A stretch of DNA of 64,000 nt from Selaginella moellendorffii (taxonomy: Eukaryota > Plantae > Lycopodiophyta), in assembly GCF_000143415.4 (NCBI RefSeq), contig NW_003314278.1, positions 140,371-204,370 on the forward strand. Reading direction: 5' to 3'. Shown piece by piece: positions 11,802-24,300 of this stretch; position 1 is the stretch's first letter, and each line of letters begins with the position of its first letter. The notes beneath the pieces are model-generated. The model saw nothing but the letters and a program-made list of their open reading frames with translations, made no database searches and was not told where the DNA came from. The position numbers were made by a program, and so were the translations under genes.

Positions 11802-14800
11802 GCCTCCCGTTAAACACCATCCTGATTCACTCTCTCTCCGCTTACCTGGCGATGACGTGGCATCAGCCCTCCTTTTTGTTTTATCTCCAGCGCACTCCCT
11901 CTCCCGTCCGTTGCCGCTGCACACTCCCGCCCGCGGCTCCCGCCCGCCCGCTCACCCTCACAGCTCCCGCCCGCACTCCCACCCGCCCCCGCACATCCGC
12001 CCGCGCCCAGCGTGCGCCCTAAAATTACTTCCACGTGGCCACAGCCCCAACACTTAGCCAAATTTCAATTAGCGCGCGCGTGGATGCCTTTCTACGTGCT
12101 TTACGTGGCCAATGGATGACCATTAGGAGTGGTAAACTTATGAAATCTTCTCACTAATTTAAATATATGCAATGTAAGTATATAAAGAGTTTGTTTTTTT
12201 ATTTATTCTTTGCTAAGATTGAGTTTTTCGTTTAAAGAGCTTTTCTTTCTTGTCTTCCTCTACCTAGTAAAAGGAGTTGCTTCTGGACTACTAGAAGCTT
12301 TTCTTTTACCTGTAATTCTTTCCATCAAAGGTTTTGCTCGCTTCAAGGATGTACCATAACTATCAACACGCTGTTAAAATTCTGCTGCAGGATGAATAAG
12401 ATTGTTTGGCCTGGCTTTAAAAGTTGCAACCTTCTACTGTATCATTTCTAAATCGTTGTCAACCATAGATAAAAAAGCTTCTTCATCAAGAAGATCTTGT
12501 AAGATATCCATCATCTTTTGTTGTAATGTCGCTTTTGTAACTTTTGATGGAGTGATATCTTCTTGCTTAAAGTTCATATCAATATTTAAAATTTACTTAG
12601 TGTAAATTACCTCTATAGTAGTCCTCAACTGAATTTCTTGTTGATGCTGTATATTTTGATGAATATCTTCCTGCTCAATATTCATATATATTAGTATATA
12701 AAATATGTTAGTTTACCTCTAATGTAGTCTCCAACTGAATTTCTTGCTCATGATAAACATCTTGATGGATGTTTTCCTGCTCAAATTTTTATAAGTATTT
12801 CAAAATTTTAATTAATAAATGAATTACCTCTGTCATAGCTTCCAAGTCAAGTGCTTCAAAATCTTGATGACAATAAAATAAATCATCTAGCCCAGGTTCT
12901 AAGATTGCATGCAATTGTGATGGTTGAACCTCATAATTAGTTGTAGTCCAATCAGTTTTTTCTCCTTGTTTTAACATAATAACTTTTGCTTGATGCTTGC
13001 AAAAGTTTTTTTTGGTTGCCCACGGACAATTACACCAAGTCGAAAAAGCCCAATCACTGTGTCCTTCACCTCCGACAACAAGATACCATATAATTGGATT
13101 TGAAGAGGATTGTATATAGGATTTGTGAGTATTGTCCTTATCGAATTTTACTTGAGAGTCGTTAATATTTCTTGCTTTAACAATCGCACTATCGATTAGC
13201 TTTTCATATGCATGGTTTCGGATAAAACCATGATCTTTGCAATAAGTAGTAAACTAGTACCTCGCATGAACCTTAGTAGTAAGTTGATGAATTGCCCAAT
13301 CCATCCTTCGATTGCGAGCATGTTTTTTTTTGGACAAGAGTATAGCTTTCATATTTGCATGGAATGCCTCAATCGAACTATTTGTCTCCTTGTTAGCATG
13401 AGGGAAATTTCGAGCAGCAACAACCCACATATCTATCAAATATAAATTAAAATAAATTATAAAAATTAAATTATTGATTCACTTACCAACTTTGTCCTTC
13501 CATTCGTCTTGAAAATACTTGATAAAGGCTACTTCATTTTGAAAATCCACCTCAAAATGTTCAATAAGTTGTTTAATCTCAGTTCGCATAATATTATCAT
13601 CATGAAAAGCTGCATGAATTAAATGATACATAATATCTCCGAGACGTTTCCATATTTCCATCCTAATATCCCAAGATTTCACCTTACGAATAATATGTTT
13701 GAGCCAATTCCTCCTTACATGCCAAATACATAATAGAATTTGACAATCAAATGTAGCTCTATATAAAAGAAAAAAATTAAATTATTTCATATCAAATTAA
13801 TTACCTTATAGCATTAATCTCTGCTTTAACATCATCAATCATTATCACCCGTGGTTTCCAATTTGGCATGTGTTCTAAAACTCGTTTTATAAGAGCTATC
13901 ATCTAATTCTTCATATGTTCTCCTTTCTCACTAGAAGTTAAAACCCATGCAATTGGAATACCATTTCCATGATAATCAAAAGCAAGCATGGTGTATAATG
14001 GGAATTATAAATTATTAAGTATTAATCACTTAAAACTGAATGAAAATATTACCTTGTAGCGATTAGTTCCAAAAGTTGCGTCAAGACTCAATAAATTATT
14101 ATTTGAAAAGTCCACCATCTTTTGTAGTTGCCAAGTTGTCTGGATCCCAATAGTAAAACAATCTTTACCTCGATCACCTTCCTGATAGAAAAATACTTTC
14201 TCGGGATTTGTGTTCTTCCAAATACGTACACTCTATGCGTCATTCTCATGTAATCGATAAGTTGAAAGCGAATACTTCCTATGCAGATTGTTGATATCCT
14301 GCATAGTTAGAAAATCATCTCGATGAGGAGGTTCACCAGCTGACTTATTCCTTTCCACAATCTGTATATGCTCATTATAAATCTGATTTGATGTGAAATC
14401 CTGCTAAATCATATGAATCACCCAATGTCGAATATCTGCTGAAAGCTTCTGAGGAAATAATGAATTTCCTCCAGTCAGATCAAGTTGACCATGATAAGGA
14501 ATCCCATTCTTATCACAATGTTCTCTATGATAATATGTAATCTGCACATAATCAGGCCATTTGTAAAACTGTTTGACCAAAAAATTGCAAAGGCAACCCC
14601 GCTTATTAGAACTTCGACTGGGTCTACTTCCAAGTCCTGACTTTGGTGTAGATTCAGCAACCATAATAGAGGATGTTTCACGAGTATCTTGTTTTCCATA
14701 TTCACACCAATACCTGTATCATAAAGTTAGTAATTATATTTTGTTAAAAAGATATACCTGATTAATGATAAAAAGCTTGTGTTTTTAGGTCGTTTCAAAT

Positions 14801-15456
14801 CTCCAGGATCACGATTTTTGTTAGAAAATTGCCAAAAATCCACTCCATCACCCCTTCTCCTCTCACCATCTAGAAACTTGTTCACATCCTTCTGTAATAT
14901 ATACACAATAGGAGCTATAGTTTCATTTGATTTAGACAAATTCCAATCTAAATCATCTGCACAAAAATAATCCTTTTCATGGAATTCTTGCACCTCATCA
15001 AGCCATGGGGGATCCTAAATGATTTTCTTGAATCAATATGAAATTGAATTGATTGCTTACCTCTGGAAATTGATGTGCTGCTGCCATGCTTGATCATAAA
15101 AGAAACAGAAGTGTTTTTAGGTCAAGTATGGGGCAACCATCCAGCGTGAATGGGTGGACCAGGGCGCGCTGATTGAAATTTGGCTAAGTGTTGGGGCTGT
15201 GGCCACGTGGAAGTAATTTTAGGGCGCACGCTGGGCGTGGGCGGACGTGCGGGGGCGGGTGGGAGTGTGGGCGGGAGCCGTGAGGGCGAGCGGGCGGGTG
15301 GGAGCCGTGGGCAGGCGATAGCCGCGGGCGGGAGTGTGCATCGGCGACGGACGGGAGAGGGAGTGCGCTAGAGATAAAACAAAAAGGAGGGCTGATGCCA
15401 CATCATCGCCAGGTAAGTGGAGAGAGAGTGAATCAGGATGGTGTTTAATGGGAGGC
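11802..15456 (-). mobile_element. Mutator-like element (MULE) with long TIRs
   Basis: ~280-bp GC-rich TIRs (11802-12078 / 15163-15456); perfect 9-bp TSD CTCAAATAC (11793-11801, 15457-15465). Confidence 0.95.
12200..15088 (-). pseudogene. MULE transposase with SWIM zinc finger, intron-containing, degenerate
   Basis: LDATFGTNRYK, GNGIPIAW, IDDVKAEINA, LCIWHVRRNW, ETNSSIEAFH, CNCPWATKKNFCKH; AT-rich with premature stops. Confidence 0.85.
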
Positions 15457-16089
15457 CTCAAATACCACCACCGTGCAACCACAGTTCGACACTCTGGCAC
15501 AGTTTTGTGCATAGGCAACATGGTTTTTGGAAACCCAACCCAAAAACATGTACAAGTAAAGCTATGCTCTCTATGGCGTGCAATTCGTAAAAGGGTGAGT
15601 GTTACTGCGGTAGATTTCACTCACAATACAGTGTCCATGTGGCAGTTTTCTATTGGTTCGGCATTAAATGTCATTTGGATGCCTCATGGATGCCCCATGG
15701 ATGCTGGCCGATGGCTCAATGATGTCCCCATAATATGAACAATGTGTTATACATAGATGCCACATATCATCAAGTTTGACCCCATGATATGGGGATTCAT
15801 CAGGTCATAGGGTTTAGGAGACGCTTCTCTGCCTTAGCACCTTGCTTTAGTGCTTTGTTATTCGTCATGTTTCTTGGTAGTAGATGCGGAAGGTAACTTG
15901 GTTTGCTAGTGATTAGTTTCAAATGTTTTTGTGGGCAGTATTGGAAGTGGCTGTCTAAGTTGAGTCCTTCCCGATGCATAAAAAATGCCTGGTTTCGAAC
16001 AGTGCCAAGAGCTTGTAAGGTAGCCAAGCACAACAAAATAGATTTAAAGAAATTGTTCTATTCTTGCTCTAAAGATTACCTCTGACAAA

Positions 16090-17632
16090 GTTGCACCTTC
16101 AACATTGGAGAGAAATGGTCCTGGAAGGTCTTCAATATCTTTTCCACCAACAACCAGCATAATCCTACAAAAGCACATTTTATCAGGAATTCTGTAACAT
16201 TACCAAAATTCTTACCCAAGCTCTCGTTCTATCGGTTGAAATAAGTTTGCAGGAACATGAGATGGTCTGAAGTAATCACCACATCGATATGGACGGGCCT
16301 CATGGAGGTTCCAGGTTGCAACTTAGTGTGAAATATCCTTCTCGAGGTACGGAGCAAAGACACAACGTAGACTTTGGTTGTGCCATGGATTAGATACATC
16401 GAGAATTCCTATATCTTCCATGGACTCAAAAAGGTGCTTATAGCGCTCAAAGAGCTCTCTCCACAAATGCTCTATGCGCTGTAAAACAAATTTGATTTAG
16501 TCCTATGAGTCCTTATTTGGAAAAACTCTAGCGCTGTGAGTATCTGGTTACGTGTTGATGTCCCACGTATGAAGCTCCTAGCTGCAGGACCTCAATAGCG
16601 GATCATGTCCTTCTCAACCTCATTGTGCTCTGGAGCATTGTCGCTCCGGATGTGCTTGGGCCTTCCAAATTGACGAACAGCCTGCGCATATGTGTTGAAT
16701 ATTGCATGGGATTCTTTGGAGGTAGCTAGCTTGCAAGCTACAATATAATGAGTTGCCCCACAAATAATGGCATGTACATAGAAACTATAGCTTACAAGCT
16801 TGCAATATGCTACAATAAACATGTTACCACTTGTGCTAACAAAAAAGCAGAAATGAAAGAATACTCACAATCCATATGATAAAGTGCATAAGCCTCCTCG
16901 TTTCTATAAATCTGTTGTCGAATCCTTGTCATGTGCTTCTGTTCCAACCTACTTGGATCGTGAGTGGCTAAGGCCTCACGAATTTGGCATCGGCTAAACC
17001 AGTATCCTCTAGTTCGACAGCTAGATCGGGAATTGATAATCCCCCAATTTGTGCCACCTTGATTCATGGCATTGTTAGTTTGAACATGATGAAATACCTC
17101 TTCGGGTGGTACTCTGTAATATACACCTCTCCAATTTGGATCGGCAAGCCACATGTATTTGTACAGTGTTGGCTTGGAAATTCTAAGATAGCATGCGAGG
17201 TAAACAGCAGTCTTAGTCTCAAGGATCTTCAGGTGCATCCAAGTGCCAAATGTAGCTGAACTATCGAATCCCCTCAATTGCAAAAAATTATAGAAGGCTT
17301 AGAAACGTGCAAATCATGAATCTAGGAGGCTGGAAACTAAACAAACCTCTAGGAGAGCATCGTTATCACTATCCATACTAGAACCATAGTCTGAATCACT
17401 AAAATTGGATGGAAGGCCATCCACCTTGTCTTCCTCCACGTCTTCCAGTAAACCTGGAAGAAAAAGTTTCAGTGGCACAAATTTGAAGTAAACTAGGGAG
17501 GGAACTATACTCATGGTAGGAACTTGAAAGTCCATAGAGAACAATCGAGTAGTAAATCAAAGCAATATTTACTTCATTTGGATCTAACAATGGAGTGTGC
17601 AATGGCTGATGTTGTGGGTGTAGATCTACCAC
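16090..17632 (-). pseudogene. IS3/integrase-core DDE transposase (IS3EU type)
   Basis: HTH (LACYLRISKPTLYKY), IREALATHDP, LYHMD, FGRPKHIRSDNAPEH, FIRGTSTRNQ|RIEHLWRE, WNLH; introns; stops at 16592 and ~16323. Confidence 0.8.
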
Positions 17633-18445
17633 TATACATCAAGAGTGCCTTGCCTACAGCAACACCAGTGAAGTGACGAGCTTTGGGAAAATTATACTTG
17701 GCTATACTCGCAGAAAATTAAGTGTTCTTTAGTGTACATTTCAAATTTAAATTCAATTCTTGATTTGTTCAATTTTAGGGTTTCCACATTTGGGATTAGG
17801 GTTTACACCAAGTCCCACCCATATTAATTGTGCCTTGGATACGGGGCGATTTCATTTTATAACATGATTTTGTTGATGGTTTGTTCGTTAGATTTGTGTC
17901 ATCTAATCGGAGGCAAGGCTTCTAGTGCACACTCCCTCGATCGCAAGACCACCGCCCAAGCAAGAGCGCCACAGCTGTGGTGGTGGGTAGCTTCTCCTCG
18001 ATCAGGTTTGCATAACCAATCCTTTGTGGTTTTTAGGCTTGAAGCAAGAATGCCGCACACCTCAACAATAATAGACACTATGCAGGAAACACTTCATGAG
18101 CACGCAGCCAAGCACTCGATGTTCCACAATTGGGAGAGCCTATTTGGATCCAAGTTGAGAGACAGAGTACATCATCTATTTGATTTCCTAGGTTCTCCAC
18201 ATGCACACGAGAAGTTTTATTCCCTTTAACATACCTGTCATGGAGTGGACCAAACATAAGATCCACTGGGCACTCCAAAATCCAGAGAGCTTGTATGGAT
18301 TGGGCTGATGTTGTGGAAGTAATATAGACACTTTCACAATAAAAATAGATAATTGTCTTGAAATATGTTTCACTTGAAAGAGACACTTTTCAGTTCATTG
18401 GCAAAGTTAAAGGTAAGAATATTCAAAATATTCCATAAATGCCCA

Positions 18446-19040
18446 TTATAGGCACTTGCGGCCCTTGGTACCCTTTTGGCTTATGCTTGCCTCACCAAGG
18501 GTAATCACTATAGCTTCCAAAGCAGCTCCCAATTTAAGTTCTGGGTCAAAACTATCGAGCTTGGATGCTACATGATGCCCATCCTCGCTTGAGGAACTCT
18601 CAACCTGTTTCATGGTAGAACCAAAATCACCCTCTGGGTCTGTGAATTCGTCCTCACTTGCATCTCGAGCAGTAACATATCCCTCACTATCGCTTTCTTT
18701 AGTAGGACCTTTCCCCTCGGTGATTGGCATAACATTAGAAGTAGTCTTGGGCTGCCTTGTCAAAGGGATTGTCAAGCCTTGAGAGGAGGAGGCATCATAT
18801 AAAATCCTCGGTCCTATCCCCTGTTGGATCTATTGTTGTGCCTCAAAGAAGTCATAGAATCCTCTCCAGTTTGCCATGTTAGGAGGAAACATAAAAACCT
18901 CAAACATTGCAAAAGGGTTAGACCATATAGGAAACTATAACAAATCTACTTTTACCAAAGTGAGCACGAACTTCCAATCCCTAAAAACTCTAGTTCTTCG
19001 GCTGTAACGCACGGCATACATTGGATAGTTTTGCCCCATG
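18446..19040 (-). pseudogene. transposon ORF2 with RNase H1 N-terminal (hybrid-binding/viroplasmin-like) domain and acidic region
   Basis: MYAVRYSRRTRVFRDWKFVLTL|VFMFPPNMANWRGFYDFFEAQ resembles YAVRKGRxxGIyxxWxxCxxQVxGFPGAxyKgFxtxeEA. Confidence 0.5.
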
Positions 19041-19069
19041 CTTGGAAACCCTTTTTACAAATTTCAAAA

Positions 19070-19340
19070 TTTGAAACGGTTATAATTGGAAAATATTGTA
19101 AGTGTCTATTGTCATTGCTCTTCTCACCTAAATGTTACTACATGCAATTGCAACTTCCATATTCTCAAATCTCCTTTAGCATGCTCCTCTTGAGAGAACT
19201 CTAGGTCCAATTTGAAACAATTATAATTGGAAAATGTTGAAAGTGTTTAGTGTTATCCTGAATGTTACTACATGCAATTACAACTTCCACATTCTTAAAT
19301 CTCCTTCAGCATGCTCTTATTGAGAGAACTCCAGGTCCAA
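19070..19340 (+). repeat. tandem duplication, ~130-140 bp x2
   Basis: TTTGAAAC..TTATAATTGGAAAAT...GAGAGAACTC.AGGTCCAA repeated. Confidence 0.85.
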
Positions 19341-20100
19341 ACATCAACACTATGCACTTTTGCGTAGTACACAATTGAAGTATGAGCCCCACCAATTCAT
19401 TGAATTGGTTAAACTTCAACTTACTTTTAAGTCATATACAAATCTTTTAAGCATCATGGTACAAAACTAAAGTGTTGAGAGAGTTACACTGGAAATCAAT
19501 GGCAACAAAAGATAAACTCAATGGGATGCATTAAAGACATAACTCCAGATAGTATATATCCATGGCTTTGCAACGGAGATAGATGGAGTTCACTTACGCT
19601 CGCTATAAACACTATGTTAAAAGAGGTGTGCCAAAAAAGGATAATTCAGTTCTTTTGCCATGAGCAGCAAGAGCAAGATGTGGGAACATACTGCTCTAGA
19701 TAAGCAATTTAGTCGATTGTCCATTTGGTTTGCAACATTAACAACTTGGTAGAATGCATGGGATGAATGGGTCTATGGGCCATGAATGGCTCCATTCCAT
19801 ACATAGCATGGGTCATTTTTATGGGCATGATGCCCCATCCAGGGCATAAGGATTGGATATTCATAAAATATTCTATGCCTGTGTTTTTTTCACATTCATA
19901 ATACACGTGGACCAATAGCAGGCATACACGTGGTGTGAGTAAAATCCACTGTTGTAAAATCCACTTTTTTACGAATTGCACACCATACTCTCCATCTAAG
20001 AGGCACATGGAAAAGAGGGAGACTTTATACAATTGGCTTATTAAAAACTTCATACTGACCCATTGATTGATTCTAATCTTCGAAATATTGACTTTCTTTA

Positions 20101-21606
20101 CTAGTTGTTAGCCTCCAGATCTCTCAGAGCTTGGGCGAAGGCCTTGAGGTTCCTGTCCGAGGATCCTCCCTCGGCTACGGCAGCCGCAGCAACCTTGCGG
20201 AATTCCCGAGCCCGGGCTCGCATCTCGCGACCCTCGTCGCCTCTCATCAGCCTCGCCACTAAATCCGCCAGCCTCTCGCTCGAGACCACGGAGTTTTTAT
20301 CCCGATCATCCTGGACCGGGATCGCCAGCTTCCAGTGCTCCACAAGCTCCTTGCAGTTGATGTTTTGCTCCGCCATGCAAGGCCAGGCGAGCATAGGCAC
20401 GCCCGCGCAGATCCCCTCCACGGTCGAGTTCCATCCGCAGTGCGTTAGGAATCCTCCCACCGCCGGGTGGAGCAAGACGTGCATTTGCGGCGCCCACGAG
20501 ATCACGATCCCGCGCTCGCCGATCCGCTGCTTCAATCCCTCGAAGAAATCGTGCACCGAGGGATCCGCGACCAGGGTCTTGCGCAGCACCAGCACGAATG
20601 GCTGGTTGCTGCGCTCCAGGCCCCTGGCGAGCTCCTGCAACTGCTCCATGGACAAGGTGGCCATGCTGCCGAAGGAGACGTAGATCACGGAGGATTCCTT
20701 CTGTGTGTCGAGCCACTCCAGGCACGCCAGATCCTCGGGAGACAGGTGCTCGCTGGATCGCTCCACCGCTGTCGAGTCCCCCGCGAAGAATGCCGGGGAC
20801 AGGCACGGGCCGACGGGGAAGTAGCTGGATTTCATCTCGCTGCGCAGCGTCGCCACTGCGTGTGGCTCCAGCTCCTCGTAGGTATTGCACAGCGCGAATC
20901 TCGCCTCGGCAAACCGCGACGCGCCGTCGCAGATCACGCCCAGGATTGGGTGGTCGTAGTAGAAGGCGAGCGGCAGATCCGTGGCGGGCATCGGCGGGCA
21001 CCCGGGCAGGAATGTGATGAGCTCTTCCGTTTTCCTGGCTGGGAGAAGGGGGAGTTTCCTTAGAACCCTAAAAACAGGGGAGGGAGAACTTACTCGCGAC
21101 TGGCACGAATCCTTTGGAGATGAGCTCCGGCAGGAAGAGGTAATAAATGTCGTTGATCGCATTGGAGGTCCAGAACACCGCCCTGGGGATGCCGAATTCG
21201 TCCGCCAGATCCTGGGTGAATCCGTTGAAGGTGTCCGTGATCATGCAGCAAACGGGGTTCCCTTCCTCCTGGAACTTCCGGATAAGCTCTCGCACAGAGG
21301 CTGCCATGGCTCGCGCTGCCAGGCGGATCTTCTCCACGATCGCGCTGGAATCCCCCTTGGCGAGATCGTTGCTGCTGCGCATGCTGTTACCTGGATTGTC
21401 CGAGACCTCGACGATGCGGACGTTGCTCTTGGCGTGGGGGTCTGCAATCAGATCGCGCGTCTGGTGCATGAGCTTCATGTTGCTCGGATTGGAATGGTGA
21501 CATCGCAGGCCGCGAGACGGCGGCAGAAGTGCATCAGTGAGTTCGTGTGGCCCGGGATTGGGAATGGGAACGCTAGAACATGAGGCTTCTTGCTAGCACC
21601 CGCCAT
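20101..21606 (-). pseudogene. family-1 UDP-glycosyltransferase, frameshifted copy
   Basis: Near-identical to 27873-29384, PSPG box intact, but a 10-bp deletion (GGCGTAGGTG) at ~21493 shifts exon 1. Confidence 0.85.
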
Positions 21607-22664
21607 TCGCAGCGCTTTGATCTTTTGATCTTGGATTGGAAGCCAGGTAAGATATAGGCGAGTACCGAGAGCCCAATTAGAACACCACAAAAAGGAATGC
21701 TCCTTGTGAGAGGCACGAAAGTGCAAGAAAGTAGACCGGAATTGACCAGGCAATCTGATCCTTTGCTCTACAGCACGAAACAAAAGCTGGTACTCGCCAT
21801 TCCGGAGCTGCTGGATTCGTTGGTGGCCGCTTTACTGCAGCAGGTGACAAGCGAAAAGAGGAAGGAAAGGCTACTTGAAGTGTTCTTGCAGAAGATCACA
21901 GTGACTTCTTAGCTTGCTCGCCCTGTAAAGCTGCTCGAGCGGAATGGAGGCGGAAAAGACTTGTAGAGATCTTCACAAACTGCAAGACATGGCGCGGGTT
22001 TTTTTCCTCAAGTGCCGATCATAAGATGCTGAAAGACAGATGGTTTTGAAGGATGGAATTCCGAGAGCGTAGGTTTTGCGAGGTGGTCATGGCTTCAAAC
22101 GACTTTGAAATCGACGACATGGATCAGAAGCCTTGCTACTGGTCGATGAACCCAAGCTTATAAATTCTTTCATCAAAGGCGATGTGGCGAGCAAAGCGCT
22201 CCTTCGTGTGGATGGAAACAAATAGACGCTGCGGAGGGTTACTAAAGAGGGGCGTGATCTAGCATCACATAGTTCGTCGATAAAAGCCTTCATGCCATGA
22301 AGCTCCATAGAACTTCTTGATATTCAAGCAAGGATGCCTAGATTGACAAAGTGGAAGTTCCAAAAACGTAAAGCCCGTTCACTACTTTTGCTAAATGCGG
22401 ATGACTTTCCATGCTTGTAATGTATGGAATCCCGCGTCAAGATTCGCACATAATAGAGAAGACTCTCTGCTCTTCATGCCATGAAGGATTTCTCAACAAC
22501 AATATTAACTTACTAAACAAAAGGTTATATTATAATTAAAAATGTGATTTAACCAGTCAGCTTTGCAATAAAAGTTCTAGAAAAATTTGCCCCGCTAAAC
22601 TTTCGTCTTCTTTCCATTCAAAACTTACCAAAGAATTCTTAACCTTTGGTCGACATGGCTCCTT

Positions 22665-23165
22665 CAGCCTGCCTAGTTCCCAAGTGCTCAAGTTTCCTCC
22701 TCAACTCCTCCCTCGCCATCCCTCACCACGATCTGTCCACCAGCTCCATCCCCCGCTCACGATTGGCCACCCCAGCACCTGCCTGCTCATGCTCTCCTGG
22801 ATCGAATCCACCTGCAATGGCTCAGGAATCTGCTCAGGAATGCATCCATAGATGTTGGAGAAGTTCCCGCAACAAGCCATTGCTCAAAAAAGAATTGCAA
22901 AGGCAAGAAAGATCTAGAACTTACACGCACCCGACCACTTGGCCCTGTGCAGGATTGCGACTGGTATCACGAAGCACCATGCCGTGTCGCTGCTCTCCTG
23001 CTAAATCAATGTGGAAATTGTACCTAGTCTCCGGCAAGAGGATAGGGTCTCGCTGCTTTTGCCCAAGGCAAAGGGTGTATATTGCCTGCGAGAGAAGAGG
23101 ATTGAATGACAAGAAGCTAGCCCTCCCTTCCTTGGTGATTGCTAAGCACATTAAATTAAAACATT
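22665..23165 (+). repeat. dispersed direct repeat (partner at 25340-25762), degenerate gene-like fragment
   Basis: Shared CTGTCCACCAGCTCCAT...ATGGCTCAGGAATCTGCT...GACTGGTATCACGAAGCACCATGCC...ATTAAATTAAAACAT. Confidence 0.8.
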
Positions 23166-23499
23166 GGCTAGTTTAAGAAGTTAGATAAATTATATTTTTG
23201 GAGTGGAATATATTTAAATATTCTAGGATATTTTACCATTTAACGGTTATTAATTATTTAGATTAACTTTGTATTTATAATTTATAAATTTTCCTAAACA
23301 CTTCTTAGTCTATTCTAGTTTATTCTAATAATTGATAAACATGTTTATAATTAAAAAATCTAATTGATTAATTATATTAATAAAAATAAGAATATCACTA
23401 TTATTAAGCAAAATCGAGCCTAACAAATTATTTATTGATTATAATATAACTTTTTGTTTAATAGTCAGTGTGAGGACATTTATCACATCTTCCTGCCGG

Positions 23500-24300
23500 A
23501 AAAGGATTCGTGCCTCCCCTGGTTTTAGGGTTCTAAGGAAACTCCCTTACATTCCTGCCTAGCTGCCCGCCGATGCCCGGGCGTGATCTGCGACGGCGCG
23601 TCGCGGTTCGCGGAGGCGAGATTCGCGCTGTGCAACAGCTACGAGGAGCCGGAGCCCCACGCGACGCTGGTCAAATCCAGCTACTTCCCCGGCATTCTTC
23701 GCAGGGGAATCGACAGCGGTGGAGCGATCCAGCGAGCACCTGTCTCCCAAGGATCTGGCGTGCCTGGAGTGCTCGACACACCAGAAGGAATCCTCCGTGA
23801 TCTACGTCTCCTTCGCCAGCGTGGCCACCATGTCCGCGGAGCAATTCCAGGAGCTCGCCAGGGGCCTGGAGCGCAGCAACCAGCCATTCGTATGGTGCTG
23901 CGCAAGACCCTCGTCGCGGATCCATCGGTGCACGATTTCTTCGAGGGATTGAAGCAGCGGATTGGCAAGCGCGGGATCGTGATTTCGTGGGCGCCGCAAA
24001 TGCACGTCTTGCTCCACCCGCAGATTCCTGACGCACTGCGGGTGGAACTCGACCGTGGAGGGGATCTGTGCGGGCGTGCCGATGCTCGCCTGGCCTTGCA
24101 TGGCGGAGCAAAACGTGAACTGTAAGGAGCTTGTGGAGCACTGGAAGCTGGCGGTCCCGGTCCAGGAGGATCGGGATAAAAGCTCCGTGGTCTCGGTCTC
24201 AAGCGAGAGGCTGGCGGATCTCGTGGTGGAATTCCTGAGCCCGGGCTCCCATCTCGCGACCCTTGTCGCCGTTCAGAATCCTCCTTTGCTTAAGCTTTGA
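23500..24300 (+). pseudogene. inverted, truncated UGT relic
   Basis: Exon-2 sequence with multiple frameshifts and deletions; lacks most of exon 1. Confidence 0.9.

Larger units (their letters stand above)
15572..19987 (-). mobile_element. IS3EU-like DNA transposon
   Basis: TIRs TATGGYGTGCAATTCGTAAAA... with imperfect extension to ~55 bp; TAT...ATA ends; 5-bp TSD CTCTC (15567-15571, 19988-19992); integrase-type transposase inside. Confidence 0.85.

Noticed and set aside
11810-12061. ORFs in the MULE termini (also 15180-15620)
   Set aside because: GC-rich TIR sequence, mirrored at both ends
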